64,000 bases of DNA from Squalus acanthias (Eukaryota). Positions 60,159 through 64,000 of this stretch are shown here, piece after piece. The stretch's first letter is position 1, and each line of letters opens with the position of its first letter. Location: positions 100,008,001 to 100,072,000 of the forward strand of contig CM059432.1 in the NCBI GenBank assembly GCA_030390025.1, in the 5' to 3' direction. The position numbers and the translations under genes are program-made. Below the pieces are notes generated by a model. The model worked only from the letters and a program-made list of their open reading frames with translations, did not search any database and was not told where the DNA came from.

Positions 60159-61019
60159 AATAACTTTAATCCTGATCATAACTAGGCAATTCTTGTTTAA
60201 CCTATTAACAGAAGTCCCCTTGTGCGCATATTCTCTCACTAGAAAGCACAGTATTGCAGAATGGAATATTCATAGGCATCCTGCAGTTTATTGCATGTGC
60301 CAGGACTGTATAAGATGAGTACATAGTGTTGTTTTTGAGAGATAACTCCTCTCCAATCTCCAAAGACAGGCAGTAGGTCCCAATCTCCAAGAACGGCCAC
60401 ACAACTACATAGCTGATCGATGGCATGGCACTTTAATCAAGGGGTTGTTGAACTGTCTCAGGTTGCCCCTGTACCCTATAAATGGCCCAGGACCAGAAAT
60501 CCCACTGCATCTGGACCTGAATAGGACTGGAGGCTCCTGTCCAGCAGAGGTGGGGGGAGGTGCATGAAAATCCACTCTAATAATTCCAACTCAGGTTGGG
60601 ATTAATGGCCGCCATTGCTGAATTTATTATCCAATGGAAAAAGCACCAATTCCCCCATTGGTAAAAAAAATCAATCAATGTTAGGAATTTCTAGACAAAA
60701 GACCAAGGTCCATCTAGTTTGCTTTCTGGCAGTTGTATGGTACAACGCTAATGGAGTTGTTAACTAATCAGGGCAACTAATCAAGAATTCTCAAGCTCAT
60801 AAAATTGGTGCTCTTAAAATTTGGCAATTTGTTTGGGTTATTATAGCCTCGTCAATCCTTGTAATGTCAAATATCATACTGTGATCACTGGTACTTAAAT
60901 CCCACCCATGTTTATGTTGAAGATTTGATTGTCTTTATTACTCATAAAATCCAAGATGTTTGTCCCCTTGTTGTATCTTTTACAAACTCTCATAAAACAA
61001 TCTTCTATTAACTCTAGAT

Positions 61020-61286
61020 ATTCCACAATTTGCAATGAGATAAATGACCAGTTAAGCTGTTTTGAATCATGTTGGCTGAAGGATAAGTATTGGCAAGGAC
61101 AAATCTGCTACTGTTCTTTGGATAGTGCTGTGGGATCCTTCATGACCATTTGAACAGGTATACAGTGCCTCGGTTTAACATTTCATCAGAAAGGCGACAC
61201 CTCCAATAATGCAGCATGCCATCAGTGCTGGACTAAATGCTAGCCAAAATTATGTGCTCTAGTATGCCATGGGGATTAAACCCACA
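61020..61286 (-). mobile_element. Deu-domain SINE remnant (SacSINE1/AmnSINE1-like)
   Basis: Minus strand ggaggtgtcgcctttctgatgaaatgttaaaccgagg..ccaatacttatccttcagccaaca resembles the Deu domain as I recall it; B-box-like gggtttaatcc. Confidence 0.65.
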
Positions 61287-62770
61287 GGGCCAGAATTTGC
61301 AGTCGGAGGCATATCTCCAGAGTACGCCTCCGACCGATAAAAAATCCGCATGTACCTTCAGGCTCCCGGGCCTTGGAGACTTCGGCCGTGATTTTGTGAT
61401 CGGTGTCGGGATGGGTGCAGGGCAGCTGGTTTCCAAGTTCCGGTCCCGCCCCCAGCTGCCTCCGCTCCACAGACGTGATTTTTCCTTGATTGACCTTGTT
61501 AAGCCCGCCCTGCGGGCTTAATGGCCAATTAACAGGAAGCGGATCTGATGACGTCATTTGATGACGAGTCATCTGCCGGTTTCCTTAAAGGGACCATGCA
61601 CAATTTTATTTTGACAGTTGATTTCTCAGTATTTGACAGCATTGAGGTGCTGAAAACACTGACAATCACTGCACAAAGATGAACTCTTGCACCCAGGCTC
61701 TCCAATGACTCTCTCCATATGCTGGAATAGATGGCAGCTGCAGGTGAGATGACAGAAGCGATCTGTCACTGGTGAGAGAGATTCTCCCAATGAGGTGACA
61801 CTGGACATATAGTTGGATTTCAAAACTTGTAAGCTAAAGAAATCTGTATATGTTTTAAAAATGCAGTAACCAACATTTTCTTTGCTCTGAAACTCACCAT
61901 GTGCAACATTGGATCCTTCACACAACTTCTGCAGCTGTCATCTTTTCACAAACATTACACCAGACTCACAACACGCCACACTTACCTGGCGTGGTGTCCG
62001 GACATCGGGAAACCCGACCCAGAAGCGGGAAAATCCAAAAACAGGCTGGAAACTACTGTCAAGTACCTGTTAATAGGCAGGTAATTGCCTTTAATCCATT
62101 TTCCGCTGCTAGGTGTCGGGTCCATTCGCAAATTGGGGACCCGACACTTGGGAAAGCTGTTTGGAGGCGGGTTGACGGTGGGTTCGGGACCCGCCGTCAA
62201 TCAATAGGACTTAATCTCTGACCCGCCTCTCTGAGTGCCGGCAAAAACGCGGCCTTCGGGTCCTGGGTCTGCAGGCATACGCCTGCATAAAGACCCACCG
62301 ATCCCAAAGACGCAGGTGGTTCGGAAGTGTCCCTGGGATCAGGTGGGCCAGGTCCTCCAATCAGAAAGGAGGATTCTAATATGCATATGGGGATTCCATG
62401 TCGGAATCCCCAAAAGCATATGAGGAATTCCCAAATAATTAAATAATTTATACAACTGGAATAAAAATAAATGTTCCCATTTTCAAAGTTAATTAAAAGA
62501 CTCTTCAATAAAGTATATAAAATAAAAACTAAATTTTTGAAAAATAATTTTAAACATTTTAATCAGGGCCAAAATTTACATAAACTAATTTTAAATGTTT
62601 GTGCATGGTTTTTTATTTTTTAATTTTTAATTTAAGATTTATATTAACCCTTACACTGGTGAAAGCAAGCCCTATGCTTGCTTTTACCAGGCATAAGGGT
62701 TTCGTGGGCATTTGCTGGAGTGTAGTTGGGCAAATAGCCCAGCTCTGCGCCAGCGAAAGTGAATTCGTAG
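61287..62770. mobile_element. Non-autonomous Harbinger-type element, right end uncertain, split by M4
   Basis: Starts gggccagaatttgc; 62520-62700 resembles 16480-16650. Confidence 0.6.
61384..62254 (-). mobile_element. Family M4 element, inverted
   Basis: Reverse-complement similarity to 27378-28252; ends ggccgtgatttt / aaaaacgcggcc; TTC TSD. Confidence 0.85.
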
Positions 62771-63726
62771 TCAGTGCCAAAGTGAGAATTATTACTCATT
62801 AATTCTTTAGTGACAGAGTGAACAATTTAGAATAGCACTAAATGTGGTTTTCCACCCCTTTTAACACTAACTTCTATTGCTGCAATCAGTGGAAAAACAA
62901 ATCCCCATAATGGGTGTGGAAAGCAGGTTTGAATTATCACATTGTAGTATTGGGAAGGATAGAATGTTAATTTTTCCATCAATGAACGAGAAGATGTTAC
63001 GGAAAAGTGTTCACTATATCGCTACATCTGTGGAGGAACTTAATCATGAATGATCATGGTTATAAATCAGGAGCCAATATAATGACAGGACACAAATAAT
63101 CAATTTGATGTTGTGAAATGAAGAGGGATACTTAGCTGGAGTTATTTCTCTGTCTTTTCACCAGTCTATGAGCAACATTCACAATAGATTTCATTTTGAC
63201 CTCTGCAGACCTGAGTAAAATGGTTTGAGATGCCCAGATTGACAGTGTTGCATTTTCTGGTCATGGTATGGATGTAGAGTTTGTCCACACAATCCAAACA
63301 CTGGGCCTTACATGTTGGTTGGTGAACTCTGGACAGTAACTTTGGAAAGTTACTACACAAACAAATTGTGTTAAAGCTAAACAACTTTATAAAGATGATG
63401 ACAAGTAGTCTTTGAGTTCTACGGGGATATCAGTTGCTTGTACTCAAGGCTGTTGCGTCTTCTTTGATGTTGTCCTCCTTCTTGAGGTGAGCTCCTATTG
63501 CTCTAACCTCCAATTGCAGTGGTCTTTTCGTCCCAATGTCATCTTCTTGTACATTCTTCTTGGTTGGGGCGTGAATACCATTTGTTAGGCCTCAATGATT
63601 GGTAGTTTAGGCTTTGATCATGAGCGTACCTTAAATGATTGACAGGTAAGACAATTGGGGATAGGTGAACCTCATCTCATGTGACTCATCAGAGCCATAT
63701 GTCCTGCCTTTGTTTCACAATTCTAT

Positions 63727-64000
63727 TCATAGAATTATAGAATCATAGATATTTACAACACAGAAGGAGGCTATTCGGCCCATCTTGTCCGTGCCGGCTG
63801 ACAAAGAGCTATCCAGCCTAGTTCAACTTTCCAGCACTTCGTCCGTATCCTTGTAGGTTACGGCACTTCAAGTGCATATCCAAGTACTTTTTAAATGTGA
63901 TGAGGGTTTCTGCCTCTACCACCCACTCAGGCAGTGAGTTCCAGACCCCCTCCACCCTCTGGGTGAAAATATTTCTCCTCAAATCCCCTCTAAACCTTCT
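63727..64000 (-). mobile_element. CR1 3' end, continues beyond window
   Basis: (atagaat)n tail at 63727-63748; gagttccagacc..ctctgggtgaaaa. Confidence 0.8.

Noticed and set aside
63166..63700. Decayed Gypsy gag zinc knuckle (NHFTQVCR) on the minus strand
   Set aside because: Cys spacing is broken and no LTR or pol is evident; too weak to call

Overview
Eukaryotic, almost entirely repeat-derived DNA. The HE1/V-SINE, Deu-type SINE and CR1 content point to a cartilaginous fish (shark-like), which is an inference. No host protein-coding gene, rRNA, tRNA or CRISPR array is supportable, and nearly all long ORFs are transposon-derived. Contents: many CR1 LINEs (two long copies retaining the esterase ORF1 C-terminus and APE-RT ORF2); L2 fragments; a second CR1-clade LINE whose endonuclease appears to sit behind a tRNA-derived Pol III head; two solo LTRs; two Penelope families (RT/GIY-YIG) whose pseudo-LTRs carry minimal hammerhead ribozymes; and several decayed two-gene PIF/Harbinger transposons (DDE transposase + Myb/SANT partner, convergent) with a swarm of non-autonomous derivatives, nested up to four deep. 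Most notable: a TSD-flanked, apparently perfect 1.4-kb fold-back Penelope insertion with a ribozyme at each end; Harbinger MITEs that look like portable promoter + splice-donor cassettes with covarying palindromes; frequently mismatched 3-bp TSDs; three local templated duplications; and two orphan pre-miRNA-like hairpins. Coordinates and alignments were read by eye.
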